Position numbers and translations under genes: made by a program | Shown: piece by piece, positions 35,366 through 43,054 of the stretch | How positions within the stretch are numbered: position 1 is the first letter of the stretch | How the letters are laid out: every line of letters starts with the position of its first letter | Notes under the pieces: generated by a model | Database searches by the model: none | Told to the model about the DNA's origin: nothing | Seen by the model: only the letters and a program-made list of their open reading frames with translations | Assembly (NCBI GenBank): GCA_963653155.1 | Contig: CAVJWR010000007.1 | Location: forward strand, 1 to 51,534 | DNA from: Limosilactobacillus gorillae | GTDB taxonomy: Bacteria > Verrucomicrobiota > Kiritimatiellia > RFP12 > UBA1067 | Length of the DNA stretch: 51,534 bases | Reading direction: 5' to 3'

Positions 35366-36721
35366 TCAAGCCCTCTTGGTTTCCCAGGGCTTGCCGGGCA
35401 ATGGGAACCTGTCGTCGCCGTATTCCGGCATCGGAACGTCTCCATCCTTCTCGAAGTCCACCGGCGTGGGCTTGCATTCGAGGCTGTAGAACGGAGATGC
35501 CGCATTGCGCAGGATATCCGCCATCGAGACCATCTGGCCCGTGTATGCCGAAAGCCTGATCATCACGCCACACGCGGTGGACAGTGCGCAATCCTTGCCT
35601 TCATTGAGATATGGGCCAGCCCCAAGCATGCTCTTCAGGAGATCGACATGCTCCTGCACATACGGATTCACGTCGGCGAAATCGCCGGCAAGCTCGATCT
35701 TCTTGCCGCCCACCGTCTTTGCGATCTGTCCGCCGGCTATCGTCTCCTTGGCCGTACGGAAGAACTCCCGCACGTCATTCTTGCAGTCGCTGATCTGGCG
35801 GCACATGGAGTGTATGTGCACTCCCTCGCCGTAGTCAAGGTCTGCGGAGAAGAAGTCGTACTGGTTCCCAGATACGCGACGCATGCGGCCTCCGAACGCC
35901 AGGGCGGTCTTTGGGAAACGTCCGATGAACCAGTTCGCGACATCGATGTTGTGGACATGCTGTTCGCAGATATGGTCGCCCGAAAGCTCCGTGAAGTTCA
36001 GCCAGTTGTTGCAGAGGTAGTCCTTGTTGGACATCTCCGGAGTGCGCTCGCGCACCCATGGCACACGGCTATTCCAGTACACCTCTCCACCAAGGATAGG
36101 ACTAAGCACACCCTCGTCAAGTGCCTTCTTCTGAAGGAGATACCCGCGCTGGTGCCGCCTTTGCGTTCCGCACACGATCGACAGCTTCTTCTCTGCGGCA
36201 ATGCGCGAGGCCTCTATCATCAGGCGAACGCCAGGCGCATCTACGGCCACGCCCTTCTCCGCGAACACGTGCTTGCCGGCATTTACGGCGGCCATGGTGT
36301 GGATGGGGCGGAAGTTCAGCGGCGTAGTCAGTATCACAACGTCAACGTCGGGCATTTCAATGGCCTTCTTGTAGCCATTGGCGCCGCCAAACGCGAATTT
36401 CTTGTCAACGCCAAACTTCTCTGCCGCGAATTCGGCCTTCTTCAGGAAATAGTCCGCAAACGCCACCGGTTTTACGGTGACGTCAATGCCCTCCTTGCGA
36501 AGGATTTCCGCCGCCTGCAGCATATTGCCGAGTGCGCCAAACTTGTAGAAGTCCTGGGCATTGGCAGGTTTCCACATGCCACCGGTGCCGCGTCCGCCGC
36601 AGCCGACAACCGCCACCCTTATCTCCTTCTTGCCTGCCGCCAAGCCAGCTACGCTTGCGCAGCCAGCCATGCCTGTCACCGCAAACACCGAACCCGACTT
36701 GAGGAACGTTCTCCTGTTCAT
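35366..36721 (-). CDS. Gfo/Idh/MocA family oxidoreductase with twin-arginine (TAT) signal
   Basis: MNRRTFLKSGSVFAVTGMAG.. (RR motif) followed by the Rossmann motif IRVAVVGCGGRGTG. The start is taken at ATG 36721. Confidence 0.8.
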   Translation of the reverse strand: MNRRTFLKSGSVFAVTGMAGCASVAGLAAGKKEIRVAVVGCGGRGTGGMWKPANAQDFYKFGALGNMLQAAEILRKEGIDVTVKPVAFADYFLKKAEFAAEKFGVDKKFAFGGANGYKKAIEMPDVDVVILTTPLNFRPIHTMAAVNAGKHVFAEKGVAVDAPGVRLMIEASRIAAEKKLSIVCGTQRRHQRGYLLQKKALDEGVLSPILGGEVYWNSRVPWVRERTPEMSNKDYLCNNWLNFTELSGDHICEQHVHNIDVANWFIGRFPKTALAFGGRMRRVSGNQYDFFSADLDYGEGVHIHSMCRQISDCKNDVREFFRTAKETIAGGQIAKTVGGKKIELAGDFADVNPYVQEHVDLLKSMLGAGPYLNEGKDCALSTACGVMIRLSAYTGQMVSMADILRNAASPFYSLECKPTPVDFEKDGDVPMPEYGDDRFPLPGKPWETKRA

Positions 36722-36744
36722 CCGTACATTTTCCTTTCTTGTTG

Positions 36745-37686
36745 TTAGCATTCAGCCCACTGCCTGCGCAGCAGTTCGCACATGTTCGTCAAAATCTGGT
36801 GACGCTCCGCGAGATCGGGCAATATCGGCCTGCCCTTCGCGTCTTTCCCCTTCGGCACCCATCCGGCCTCAAGCGACACTACTCCTTTGTAGCCGATCTC
36901 CTTAAGGCCACGGAATGCAAGGCGGTAGTCATCTGCGGCGCCATCCGATCCCGGTATCTTGCGGTTCTTGCGCGAGGCTATGTGGACGTGGGCGAGAAGG
37001 TCGCCGGCGGCAATAATCGCCGCCCGGTCATTCGCCTCCTCCCACGTCATGTGCCACAGGTCTGCCATCACCTTGCACCCAGGGCCGATCTCCTGCGCCA
37101 TCTTTGCGCCATCGGACACTTGGCGCAAGAAAGGCGTCTCCTTGCGCTGTAGCGGCTCAAGCACTATCGCCGTTCCGCATTTCGCCGCCTTCTCGGCAAG
37201 CCGGCGACCGGTGTTCGTGACGAAATCTTCGCGCAGTTCCTTGAGCCCCACCTCTGGCTTCGCCCGTGCCGGACAGATTATAAGCCCAGTGGACTTCAGT
37301 CCGCCAAGTATTTCAAGCAATGGAAGGAACTTGGCGACCTCGGCATCGTTCTGCCTGCTGTCGGCATAGTCAAAGCGGCTTGGCCCGCAAGCGGTGGCGC
37401 AAGAAAGCTTGCGCCCCGCCATTGCCTTGCCGAACGCTTCGCCCTTTTCGAGCACCCATTCGCCATTTTTCCCGGTGGGGATCTCAACGGCGGAATACCC
37501 GTTCGATTCAAGATAGTCAAGCTTCGCATTCATGTCGTCCGCAACCGGTATCGTCCCCCACTGAAGACACAGCTTCAGGGCAGGGCCGCAACCGCACTGG
37601 CGGACCGCACCGCCCGCATTGGCGCAACCTGAGGCGACTCCCGCGCCGACAAGTGCCGCACTTGCGATAAACTCTCTTCTGTTCAT
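36745..37686 (-). CDS. Sugar phosphate isomerase/epimerase (xylose-isomerase-like TIM barrel) with TAT-type signal
   Basis: MNRREFIASAALVGAGVASG (RR motif) followed by a TIM-barrel pattern. The start is taken at ATG 37686. Confidence 0.7.
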   Translation of the reverse strand: MNRREFIASAALVGAGVASGCANAGGAVRQCGCGPALKLCLQWGTIPVADDMNAKLDYLESNGYSAVEIPTGKNGEWVLEKGEAFGKAMAGRKLSCATACGPSRFDYADSRQNDAEVAKFLPLLEILGGLKSTGLIICPARAKPEVGLKELREDFVTNTGRRLAEKAAKCGTAIVLEPLQRKETPFLRQVSDGAKMAQEIGPGCKVMADLWHMTWEEANDRAAIIAAGDLLAHVHIASRKNRKIPGSDGAADDYRLAFRGLKEIGYKGVVSLEAGWVPKGKDAKGRPILPDLAERHQILTNMCELLRRQWAEC

Positions 37687-37753
37687 TCTGGAATCTCCCT
37701 TTGCGCCCATTATAGCACAATTCGACGAAACACTTGGCCCCACATGGATACGG

Positions 37754-38251
37754 TTATTGAACCGTGATCGTCCTTTGCTCGTAGTGGCCGGGCTGCCATA
37801 CGCGAATCACCGCACCATTTGCCTGGACCTGATCGACATAGCGCCCTTCGACCCAGACGTTCTGGACTTGCGTGACGGGTGCCACAACGACAGGCTGCTG
37901 GACGACCACTGGCTGCGTGACGACGGTTGGCGTGGTCACGACCGTAGGCGTAGTCACTACGACCGGCGCGGGCTCTACGATTGTGCTGGCGACCGCGCCT
38001 CCCACAAAGCCACCCACAAAACCGGGCCAGAAGTTGCGTCCGCCCCGTCCCCAGAAACTATCGTCATGACGATGGCGCGGCGCTGGTGGCGGACGATGCC
38101 CACCGCCTCCCGGACCTCCGCGCATGCTTGGGCCCGGACGACCGCCTCCCGGACCGGGCCGACCACCACCCGGACCACCGGGACGGGCCATGCACACTCC
38201 GGTGCACAGAATCGTTGCTATAGCAACTGCAACAGTATATTTCTTGTTCAT
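37754..38251 (-). CDS. Small secreted Gly/Pro-rich low-complexity protein
   Basis: 165 aa. The signal peptide MNKKYTVAVAIATILCTGVCMA is followed by RPGGPGGGRPGPGGGRPGP..., a (T)TPTVV/QPVVV repeat region and a C-terminal WVEGRYV...RVWQPGHYE module. An AAGGAAA SD lies upstream. Confidence 0.6.
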   Translation of the reverse strand: MNKKYTVAVAIATILCTGVCMARPGGPGGGRPGPGGGRPGPSMRGGPGGGGHRPPPAPRHRHDDSFWGRGGRNFWPGFVGGFVGGAVASTIVEPAPVVVTTPTVVTTPTVVTQPVVVQQPVVVAPVTQVQNVWVEGRYVDQVQANGAVIRVWQPGHYEQRTITVQ

Positions 38252-38371
38252 TTTATTTTCCTTTCTTTATTGCGGCAGATTTGCCTTACGAAGAGCATAG
38301 GGCAACATACCCAAGTTTTCTGACAGAGAATTCTCGTGATTGCGGCACATAAGTTCAAACCGCCATTCACG

Positions 38372-38941
38372 TCAATAGCCCAAGTCCGCATCCACAAGTA
38401 TGACGAGCGTTGACGTACGGGATGGACACCTGTCGAATATGGCCGTCACTTTGCATATGCGGTCAGGAGAGTTGCAGTCGGCGCAAAGGTTCGTTTCCGC
38501 GCATGGCGTACGCTTGCCGAGCCTACGGCAGTTCGGGCCACACGCACACCGCTTCGCGCGGCCAATGGCCTCCAGCACACCCCCGGCGACAATCTTGTTC
38601 CTGCCTATCACATACACGACGCGCTTCGGCCCATAGATGGATGCCGCAACGCGATTGCCGGTGCCGTCAATATTTACGATCACGCCATCTTCCGTCATCG
38701 CATTGGCCGACAGAAGGAATAGATCCATAATGGTCTGGTGGTCGCAAATCTCCTTGCCTGAGGCCAAAAGCGACTCGCGCACACCCAAGGCCTTCACGCT
38801 CTCGGATCCGCCCCAACCGACAGACTTGGCCGTCTCGGCCTCCTTCATGACGATGGCGGAAGCATCTGCCCTAGTCGCCGCGAAAGTCGCGTCGTATCCA
38901 CGGCGTCTCAATGCCTCAACCGTTTTTCCGTAATCTCTCAT
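38372..38941 (-). CDS. LUD-domain (lactate-utilisation LutC/YkgG-like) protein with C-terminal Cys cluster
   Basis: 189 aa. ..SVGWGGSESV.., ..LLSANAMTEDGVIVNIDGTGNRV.., ..VVYVIGRNKIV.. and the C-terminal CxxC-rich segment CACGPNCRRLGKRTPCAETNLCADCNSPDRIC. Confidence 0.7.
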   Translation of the reverse strand: MRDYGKTVEALRRRGYDATFAATRADASAIVMKEAETAKSVGWGGSESVKALGVRESLLASGKEICDHQTIMDLFLLSANAMTEDGVIVNIDGTGNRVAASIYGPKRVVYVIGRNKIVAGGVLEAIGRAKRCACGPNCRRLGKRTPCAETNLCADCNSPDRICKVTAIFDRCPSRTSTLVILVDADLGY

Positions 38942-38984
38942 CCGTTCCTTTCCACATTAATCGCAGTCGCTCCATGCTCACAGT

Positions 38985-40604
38985 CTATCTAAACAAGCCT
39001 ATGCGCAAGTACGGCAAGATGTCATTCACAAGAGTATAGTCCAAATCGAAGAACGCAACGCCGGCGGCACCGTTCTGGCGGGCGATCTTCACCTGATCTA
39101 TCACCTGCCGCACGCCAAGCCGGGATTCGATTGCGGTGACGCCAATGCCAGACACTATCCGTTTTGCATGGGCGGGGGTGCGGCACTGCTGCCGAACGCA
39201 AGCCGCATACTTGGCGTTGTCCTCAAGATAGTTCATGGCCACTATCCAGTCCACAATGCCCGCATCGAGCCAACTCTCCCAGTCCTGACCCACCGCGCCC
39301 ACGCAACTTGGATACTTCCCGAACACGGCCGTCGTGAAAATGGCAGAGGGCCGGGCCCTCTTCACTCGACCTCTCGCCTGCGCCACGAAATTGCCGACGT
39401 GGCTCGCCGCATCAGGTGGCAACTTCGAGCCCTCATACCAACGGACGAAATCGAGATGCACACCCTGCACGGCATAACGGCTCGTGACTTCATCTATCGC
39501 GGAAAGCAGATACTCTCTGAGACTCGCGTTGGACGGATCAAGGTATTCCGTAAGCCGTCCCTTCTTGTCCTTCAGCCGCCAACCGCGTTTCGCGAATGTC
39601 TCAAGTCGAGAGGATGTTCCCCTCGTCCCATTGAAGCACATTATCCATGCGTGCACCCGAATGCCCGTACCAGCGGAAGCCCGCAGACATGCGGCAAGCT
39701 GATCGCCCTGTTGCGCACACACCTGGCTCTGGGGCAGGACCTTGGACGGATAATGCGCGAATGATGCCCCTGCCACATTGACGAAAATATCCGTGATGCC
39801 ATATCTCTGGAGTTCACGGAAAGTCCTCGGCCAATCTCCCGGATAAAGGCCCTGCCCCGAATGCTCCCACACTGCACGGACCTCGCCGGTTCGCGGGCTC
39901 TGCGCAAGTGCATAGCGGCGATCAGCCTCCTGTTCGGCCTTGCGTTTCGCCAGGAAGGTCTTGTGGCTCCAGGTGCCGGGAACGCTCATGCCGGCGACAG
40001 ACGCAAGGAATTGCGACTTCGCCTTCTCGTCGCCATCGGCAAGCAGAACATGCGTCATCCACCAACCGGCATTCGAGGCGATGACGGCCGCCTGACCCGT
40101 TGAACGCCCGTTCCTGTCGAGCCACGTCGCAATCACGCGGGACTTCCCCGGTACGGCGTACGCGCAAAAGATGTTCGCCGAACTCTGTATGATCTCCGCC
40201 GGAGCGCCGGGTGGAGCAGTTTTCCCGAACGATATCTTCGAGAAAGCCCCTGAGCCGTCGGATTTCCTGTACGCGCCCAGTTTCACACCAAACAGCGAAG
40301 CAACCTTTGCGGAATCGGAATAGAACGCAAACATCCTCCCGCCACTACGCGCAAATGCGGACAAAGCCGCATAATGGGCATCCTTCGGCATTATCAGATA
40401 TGCCAGGCGTTTCCCGGACAATCCCACGCCAGCGGCATTCTCGTCGACAAGATCCACCTGGATGTCGTGTTGCCCGAGCCAACGCACAATGTGCCGCCCA
40501 AGGCTAAGGCCAAATCCTGACTTCGGCGCCACAACCGCGATGTCAGAAGCCTGACAGAGCGAAGCAATGAGGATTGCCGCGAAAACCAACTTAGACTTAA
40601 GCAT
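38985..40604 (-). CDS. Secreted GHL10-type (DUF187/YngK-like, family-10-like) glycosyl hydrolase-like protein
   Basis: 539 aa with a signal peptide. The C-terminal TIM-barrel-like region has ..YGITDIFVNV.., ..GIRVHAWIMCFN.., ..YLDPSNASLREYLLSAIDEVTSRYAVQGVHLDFVRW... Confidence 0.65.
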   Translation of the reverse strand: MLKSKLVFAAILIASLCQASDIAVVAPKSGFGLSLGRHIVRWLGQHDIQVDLVDENAAGVGLSGKRLAYLIMPKDAHYAALSAFARSGGRMFAFYSDSAKVASLFGVKLGAYRKSDGSGAFSKISFGKTAPPGAPAEIIQSSANIFCAYAVPGKSRVIATWLDRNGRSTGQAAVIASNAGWWMTHVLLADGDEKAKSQFLASVAGMSVPGTWSHKTFLAKRKAEQEADRRYALAQSPRTGEVRAVWEHSGQGLYPGDWPRTFRELQRYGITDIFVNVAGASFAHYPSKVLPQSQVCAQQGDQLAACLRASAGTGIRVHAWIMCFNGTRGTSSRLETFAKRGWRLKDKKGRLTEYLDPSNASLREYLLSAIDEVTSRYAVQGVHLDFVRWYEGSKLPPDAASHVGNFVAQARGRVKRARPSAIFTTAVFGKYPSCVGAVGQDWESWLDAGIVDWIVAMNYLEDNAKYAACVRQQCRTPAHAKRIVSGIGVTAIESRLGVRQVIDQVKIARQNGAAGVAFFDLDYTLVNDILPYLRIGLFR

Positions 40605-40613
40605 CTTGCACCA

Positions 40614-42152
40614 TCACCAATCGCGGTCGTTTGACGGGAGCGGCATGTTTCTCATGCGGGCCTTCTTGTCCGCCTCATGCTGATCATTGCGCTCCTGCGC
40701 CTTGCGCAGCACGTCCTCCACCTGTCGGTCATCCTTGCCGTCCGCCTCGGAAGGCTGTTCGTCCTGCCCATCACGAGGGGTCTCTTGCCCATTTTCGTCA
40801 TTCTTGTCCTGACCCTGATTCTGCTCGTCATTCTGTGGCTGGTCGCCCTTGTCTTGCTGATCCTGGCCCTTATCCTGCCGATCCTTGTCTTTGCCGTCAT
40901 CTTTGTCCTGATTCTGCTGATCATTGCCTTGGTTCTGATTCTGGGCCCCACCCTGCTGTTGGTTCTGCCCGCCGCCATTCTTGTCCTTCGGCAACAGTTC
41001 CCGTATCCTATTCAGCTTCTCAAGCACACGGAATTCCTTTGCCGCATGATCTGCGGCCTGGCCACCCCCACGACGATCCGGCTTGCCCTTTGACAGCCGT
41101 TCATCGTCAACGGCAAGTTCCTCCTGCAGTTTGATGGATTCGTCTACGAGCTTCTTTATCTCCGCCTGCGCCTCGGCCGTGAACGGCGGCATGTTCGTGT
41201 CGGACTGCGCCTTTTGCCCGTACATCTGGACCCATTGCTCGAACTTGGCGCGAAACGCATGCATGTAGTCGAGAGACTCCATCTGCCAGTCCCTACCGTT
41301 TATCGTGTCTGCCCTAACCAGTGAATTGGTCTGGGATAGGATCGCCTCGTCGCATGCCTCCGGCGGCAAGATGGCGAGTTTCCAGAATCGCGTCAGTGAC
41401 GACTCCGCCTTGGCAAGGCTCGACTGCGCCGAAGGATCGAGATCCGCAAGCGACTTCGCGGCTGAGTCTGTGGCCGCACGGGCTTCGTCAACCTGCGCCG
41501 TTATGGGCATGGCCTGCTGTTCGTTGGTGACCGACTGCGCCACGCCCTTTTTGAGCGCAATCCACATGTCGCTCAACCGCTCGACGCGCCGTGCCATCGC
41601 TTCGCATCTGGACACTGCGGATCGTGCGTCATTGGTCAGCGCGACAGGGAACTCAACCATGATCGAACGGGCCTCGCGCACACCCGAACCAAGCAGACTC
41701 GATGGATCCTGCTGCCCGAACTCCTTCAATGCCTTCTCGATGTGCGCCTGTTCGCGCAACTCAGGCAAACGATCCGCAGCCCTTGTGAAATTGCGGTTCA
41801 TCCGGGCATCGTCCGGATTGGAGCGAAGCGCCGCCTGAAGATCCGTGGCCGAGCTCTCGATGGACCGAAGGGCCTCTTCCGGGCTTTCACCTAAATTCTT
41901 CTGCCCACGCGCGAACTCTATCGCACCGACAAGCTCCGACGCTCTCACCCCATGCGTCTTTGAGAGCATGAGGGGCTTCAAGACCGCAATGGCGTTGGTC
42001 ATGTCGCCAGCGCGATACAGGTCTACGCCACGGTTCCATATCTCACCGTCTGTCTCGGGCATGGGTTCAGAATCGGCCCAAACGCTTCCAGGGGCAGAGG
42101 CCGCAAGCCCTATCGCAAGATAAATTATGCCGACGATTCCATTCCTTTTCAT
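40614..42152 (-). CDS. Secreted TPR-like protein with long Q/N/D/K-rich acidic tail (BatC-like architecture)
   Basis: 512 aa with a signal peptide and a TPR-like start (EIWNRGVDLYRAGDMTNAIAVLKPL). The tail is a low-complexity GGGQNQQQGGAQNQNQGNDQQNQDKDDGKDKDRQDKGQDQQDKGDQ... stretch ending ..SNDRDW. The BatC resemblance is from memory and is not verified. Confidence 0.6.
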   Translation of the reverse strand: MKRNGIVGIIYLAIGLAASAPGSVWADSEPMPETDGEIWNRGVDLYRAGDMTNAIAVLKPLMLSKTHGVRASELVGAIEFARGQKNLGESPEEALRSIESSATDLQAALRSNPDDARMNRNFTRAADRLPELREQAHIEKALKEFGQQDPSSLLGSGVREARSIMVEFPVALTNDARSAVSRCEAMARRVERLSDMWIALKKGVAQSVTNEQQAMPITAQVDEARAATDSAAKSLADLDPSAQSSLAKAESSLTRFWKLAILPPEACDEAILSQTNSLVRADTINGRDWQMESLDYMHAFRAKFEQWVQMYGQKAQSDTNMPPFTAEAQAEIKKLVDESIKLQEELAVDDERLSKGKPDRRGGGQAADHAAKEFRVLEKLNRIRELLPKDKNGGGQNQQQGGAQNQNQGNDQQNQDKDDGKDKDRQDKGQDQQDKGDQPQNDEQNQGQDKNDENGQETPRDGQDEQPSEADGKDDRQVEDVLRKAQERNDQHEADKKARMRNMPLPSNDRDW

Positions 42153-42169
42153 TGGCGGTAATTATACCA
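42153..42169 (-). promoter_or_regulatory. Extended -10 promoter, leaderless geometry (BatC-like gene), abutting inverted heptads
   Basis: On the - strand TGgTATAAT (42169-42161), then 8 nt to ATG 42152. There is no SD. Confidence 0.45.
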
Positions 42170-42203
42170 CAGTAGATGGTAGTTGTTAGTTGGCAGGTGG
42201 CAT
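42169..42203. repeat. Five phased degenerate heptads in inverted orientation relative to the main array (ACAGTAG ATGGTAG TTGTTAG TTGGCAG GTGGCAT)
   Basis: Read directly from the sequence. ATGGTAG is the reverse complement of the CTACCAT unit. The block overlaps the spacer and -35 region of the predicted promoter of the 40614-42152 gene. Confidence 0.6.
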
Positions 42204-42242
42204 GTTTTACCGGGGAGAAGTGTAGAGATTGCAAATTGAATA

Positions 42243-42648
42243 CTACCCACTACCCTCTACCAACTACCCTCTACCAACTACCCACTACCCTCTACCCACT
42301 ACCCACTACCCACTACCAACTACCCACTACCCTCTACCCACTACCAACTACCCTCTACCAACTACCCACTACCCTCTACCCTCTACCAACTACCCACTAC
42401 CAACTACCCACTACCCTCTACCCACTACCAACTACCCACTACCAACTACCCACTACCCACTACCAACTACCATCTACCCTCTACCCACTACCATCTACCC
42501 TCTACCCACTACCATCTACCCTCTACCCACTACCATCTACCCTCTACCCACTACCATCTACCCTCTACCCACTACCATCTACCCTCTACCCACTACCATC
42601 TACCCTCTACCCACTACCAACTACCATCTACCAACTACCATCTACCAA
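42243..42648 (+). repeat. Tandem array of 58 contiguous heptanucleotide units CTACC[C/A][A/T]
   Basis: Parsed unit by unit. The CTACC core is invariant in all 58 units with no indels. Unit types are CTACCCA x21, CTACCCT x15, CTACCAA x13 and CTACCAT x9. Units 33-53 (42467-42613) are seven exact copies of a 21-nt super-unit. The + strand is G-free from 42239 to 42659. Confidence 0.95.
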
Positions 42649-42780
42649 CTAATCTTCCAGAATGTTGTCATTACAACAGAATATGATTGCAAGATTTCAT
42701 ATCATATGCGCCATCGGAAGGAACGGGTCTTTCCGCAACACAAAAAAAAACACGAAACAAAAAAAAAACGGAGGTGCACC

Positions 42781-43029
42781 ATGAAAGGAGTCATCAAGCA
42801 ATCAATCACGATCGCTCTGACGGTCGGAACACTCGCCATAGTCCTCGCGGGCTGCTGCATGTTCTGCGACAAGTCCTGTTGCCGCAAAGACGACGGCTGT
42901 CCGCCGAAGACGAGCGGCGTGAACACGTCCATGAGCGTCGGCGTCGGCACGGACGGTGCCTATGTTGGCGGCGCAGCCAACGTCGGCAACCACGGTGCTT
43001 CCGGCTCTGTCGGCGGCAAACTTCACTAA
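42781..43029 (+). CDS. Small Cys-rich, Gly-rich lipoprotein (82 aa)
   Basis: GGAGG lies 6 nt upstream of the ATG. The lipobox is ..TLAIVLAGC and is followed by CMFCDKSCCRKDDGC, then a Gly-zipper-like GVGTDGAYVGGAANVGNHGASGSVGG. It is the 3' part of the artefactual long ORF 42229-43029. Confidence 0.6.
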   Translation: MKGVIKQSITIALTVGTLAIVLAGCCMFCDKSCCRKDDGCPPKTSGVNTSMSVGVGTDGAYVGGAANVGNHGASGSVGGKLH

Positions 43030-43054
43030 CCCAGAAACGAACAGGAGGTCAATC

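Noticed and set aside
35349-35591. N-terminal extensions of ORF-track models: PfkB kinase to 35591, oxidoreductase to 36751, TIM-barrel protein to 37743, GH97 to 50636, guaA to 29365, and the beta-strand-repeat protein to 24727.
   Set aside because: The extensions overlap upstream genes or promoter elements, and they start at TTG or weak codons. They precede internal ATGs that give canonical N-termini (RR-signal peptides, signal peptides, conserved first motifs), and several of those ATGs have SD motifs.
40650-41000. DNA-level short repeats inside the 3' part of the BatC-like gene as an independent repeat element.
   Set aside because: They are explained by the low-complexity Q/N/D/K-rich coding sequence on the - strand.
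42190-42212. A possible sigma54 -24/-12 promoter (TTGGCAGGTGGCATG) as a target for the nearby GAF-sigma54 activator. A similar look was taken at 43314-43340 (TGGCACCGCAACTGG) and upstream of 38251.
   Set aside because: None has the GG-N10-GC spacing with a TTGC -12 element. No convincing sigma54 promoter was found anywhere in the window by eye, so the activator's target is probably elsewhere.
42243-42648. CRISPR array or telomere-like repeat.
   Set aside because: The units are only 7 nt and directly abut with no spacers, so this is not CRISPR, and no cas genes are in the window. The array is internal, flanked by ordinary genes on both sides, so it is not a chromosome end. The 147-nt length of the seven 21-nt super-units equalling nucleosomal DNA length is treated as coincidence.
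42176-43029. ORF-track entries 42176-42652 (158 aa) and 42229-43029 (266 aa), which translate the heptad array into YPLPTT[H/N/I]-type heptapeptide repeats, the second fused to the small lipoprotein.
   Set aside because: The DNA unit is 7 nt, not a multiple of 3. In the array TA is always followed by C, and there is no G, so no stop codon can arise in any + frame. All three frames are therefore trivially open. The starts are GTG/TTG without an SD. The first 32 units are aperiodic at the 21-nt level, so no consistent peptide repeat is encoded. The downstream lipoprotein has its own strong SD and ATG at 42781. Translation cannot be formally excluded without Ribo-seq.
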